Source: Escherichia coli
GTDB taxonomy: Bacteria > Pseudomonadota > Gammaproteobacteria > Enterobacterales > Enterobacteriaceae
Length of the DNA: 870 nucleotides
Direction: 5' to 3' (one strand)
Assembly: GCF_003334815.1 (NCBI RefSeq)
Contig: NZ_QOWO01000114.1
Position 1 is the first letter of the stretch, and every line of letters begins with the position of its first letter. Position numbers and translations under genes: made by a program. Below are positions 1 to 870 of the stretch, piece after piece. Below the pieces are notes generated by a model. It searched no databases and was not told the origin of the DNA. It saw nothing but the letters and a program-made list of their open reading frames with translations.

Positions 1-26
1 TGTAGATTCAATTGGTCAACGCAACA
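1..26. repeat. Left terminal inverted repeat (IRL) of IS30
   Basis: Seen in sequence: the 5' terminus TGTAGATTCAATTGGTCAACGCAACA is the IS30 left end as I recall it. The right-end partner (ending ...GATTGAATCTACA in the reference) is outside the window, so the inverted-repeat relationship cannot be shown here. The 26-bp extent is taken from the literature, not measured. Confidence 0.8.
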
Positions 27-49
27 GTTATGTGAAAACATGGGGTTGC

Positions 50-54
50 GGAGG
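50..54 (+). promoter_or_regulatory. Shine-Dalgarno / ribosome-binding site for the transposase gene
   Basis: Seen in sequence: GGAGG at 50-54, 8 nt upstream of the ATG at 63 (spacer TTTTTTGA). An in-frame TGA at 60-62 closes the frame immediately upstream, so ATG 63 is the first possible start. Confidence 0.65.
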
Positions 55-62
55 TTTTTTGA

Positions 63-870
63 ATGAGACGAACATTTACAGCAGAGGAAAAAGCCTCTGT
101 TTTTGAACTATGGAAGAACGGAACAGGCTTCAGTGAAATAGCGAATATCCTGGGTTCAAAACCCGGAACGATCTTCACTATGTTAAGGGATACTGGCGGC
201 ATAAAACCCCATGAGCATAAGCGGGCTGTAGCTCACCTGACACTGTCTGAGCGCGAGGAGATACGAGCTGGTTTGTCAGCCAAAATGAGCATTCGTGCGA
301 TAGCTACTGCGCTGAATCGCAGTCCTTCGACGATCTCACGTGAAGTTCAGCGTAATCGGGGCAGACGCTATTACAAAGCTGTTGATGCTAATAACCGAGC
401 CAACAGAATGGCGAAAAGGCCAAAACCGTGCTTACTGGATCAAAATTTACCATTGCGAAAGCTTGTTCTGGAAAAGCTGGAGATGAAATGGTCTCCAGAG
501 CAAATATCAGGATGGTTAAGGCGAACAAAACCACGTCAAAAAACGCTGCGAATATCACCTGAGACAATTTATAAAACGCTGTACTTTCGTAGCCGTGAAG
601 CGCTACACCACCTGAATATACAGCATCTGCGACGGTCGCATAGCCTTCGCCATGGCAGGCGTCATACCCGCAAAGGCGAAAGAGGTACGATTAACATAGT
701 GAACGGAACACCAATTCACGAACGTTCCCGAAATATCGATAACAGACGCTCTCTGGGGCATTGGGAGGGCGATTTAGTCTCAGGTACAAAAAACTCTCAT
801 ATAGCCACACTTGTAGACCGAAAATCACGTTATACGATCATCCTTAGACTCAGGGGCAAAGATTCTGTCT
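63..870 (+). CDS. insI: IS30 transposase (DDE-type, InsI), N-terminal 269 codons; 3'-partial, continues beyond the window
   Basis: Seen in sequence: ATG at 63 with upstream SD; frame open with no stop to position 869 (870 is the first base of the next codon). Translation: MRRTFTAEEKASVFELWKNGTGFSEIANILGSKPGTIFTMLRDTGGIKPHEHKRAVAHLTLSEREEIRAGLSAKMSIRAIATALNRSPSTISREVQRNRGRRYYKAVDANNRANRMAKRPKPCLLDQNLPLRKLVLEKLEMKWSPEQISGWLRRTKPRQKTLRISPETIYKTLYFRSREALHHLNIQHLRRSHSLRHGRRHTRKGERGTINIVNGTPIHERSRNIDNRRSLGHWEGDLVSGTKNSHIATLVDRKSRYTIILRLRGKDSV. Established knowledge: this matches the IS30 transposase, which has two N-terminal HTH motifs and a C-terminal DDE core. Not in the ORF track because no stop codon falls inside the window. 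Confidence 0.93.
   Translation, partial: MRRTFTAEEKASVFELWKNGTGFSEIANILGSKPGTIFTMLRDTGGIKPHEHKRAVAHLTLSEREEIRAGLSAKMSIRAIATALNRSPSTISREVQRNRGRRYYKAVDANNRANRMAKRPKPCLLDQNLPLRKLVLEKLEMKWSPEQISGWLRRTKPRQKTLRISPETIYKTLYFRSREALHHLNIQHLRRSHSLRHGRRHTRKGERGTINIVNGTPIHERSRNIDNRRSLGHWEGDLVSGTKNSHIATLVDRKSRYTIILRLRGKDSV

Larger units (their letters stand above)
1..870 (+). mobile_element. IS30-family insertion sequence (IS30-like), left ~870 bp of an element expected to be ~1.2 kb; truncated by the window at the 3' side
   Basis: Seen in sequence: window begins with the characteristic IS30 terminus TGTAGATTCAATTGGTCAACGCAACAGTTATGTGAAAACATGGGG, followed by the transposase gene in the usual orientation. 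Established knowledge: IS30 of E. coli is ~1221 bp with 26-bp imperfect terminal inverted repeats and a single long transposase ORF. The match to the reference is from memory, not from an alignment. Confidence 0.9.

Noticed and set aside
55-60. T6 run immediately upstream of the start codon as a possible intrinsic terminator tail
   Set aside because: The only preceding stem (20-25/45-50) is short with a large 19-nt loop, so this is not a canonical Rho-independent terminator. The T-run is better read as an AT-rich spacer between SD and ATG. The possible SD-occlusion role is listed separately as a low-confidence finding.
152-164. Short inverted repeat GGGTT-caa-AACCC inside the coding region
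   Set aside because: A 5-bp stem with a 3-nt loop and no following U-tract, embedded in the ORF. Most likely incidental to the codons (G S K P), not a terminator or regulatory hairpin.
8-202. 64-aa ORF from the supplied track (MPPVSLNIVKIVPGFEPRIFAISLKPVPFFHSSKTEAFSSAVNVRLIQKTSATPCFHITVALTN), which lies on the minus strand, antisense to the transposase 5' end and IRL
   Set aside because: It fully overlaps the well-supported transposase start, SD and IRL on the opposite strand. I see no convincing SD upstream of its ATG (~203-215 on the minus strand), and the peptide has no recognisable motif. Most likely a chance antisense ORF. A short antisense product or RNA cannot be excluded from sequence alone.
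479-496. Inverted repeat GGAGA...TCTCC (5-bp stem, 8-nt loop) inside the coding region
   Set aside because: Short, AT-rich context, no U-tract. No evidence of function and compatible with chance.
489-869. Internal ATG codons (e.g. 483-485, 654-656) as alternative starts for a shorter transposase isoform
   Set aside because: No SD-like sequence at appropriate spacing upstream of them, and the full-length frame from ATG 63 is uninterrupted. No sequence evidence for an internal start.
1-870. Possibility that the window encodes a previously undescribed biological system (defence system, toxin-antitoxin, CRISPR, etc.)
   Set aside because: Every base is accounted for by the IS30 left end and transposase gene. 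No repeats/spacers, no second ORF, no unexplained intergenic space.

Overview
This window is the left (5') ~870 bp of an IS30-type insertion sequence, not a novel system. Base 1 is the first base of the left terminal inverted repeat (IRL, TGTAGATTCAATTGGTCAACGCAACA). A GGAGG Shine-Dalgarno at 50-54 precedes an ATG at 63 that opens a + strand reading frame with no stop through the end of the window (269 codons). The translation (MRRTFTAEEKASVFELWKNGTGFSEIANILGSKPGTIF...HWEGDLVSGTKNSHIATLVDRKSRYTIILRLRGKDSV) is the IS30 transposase (InsI): two N-terminal helix-turn-helix motifs, a basic linker, and the start of the DDE catalytic core including the first catalytic Asp. The element (about 1.2 kb in the reference) and its transposase (about 383 aa) continue beyond the 3' edge, so the remaining catalytic residues, the right inverted repeat and any target-site duplication are not visible. 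The supplied ORF track shows only a 64-aa antisense ORF (8..202, minus strand), which I judge spurious; the real gene is missing from the track because it has no stop in the window. Everything here is explained by a well-known mobile element, and the interesting biology (what it inserted into or mobilises) lies outside the window.
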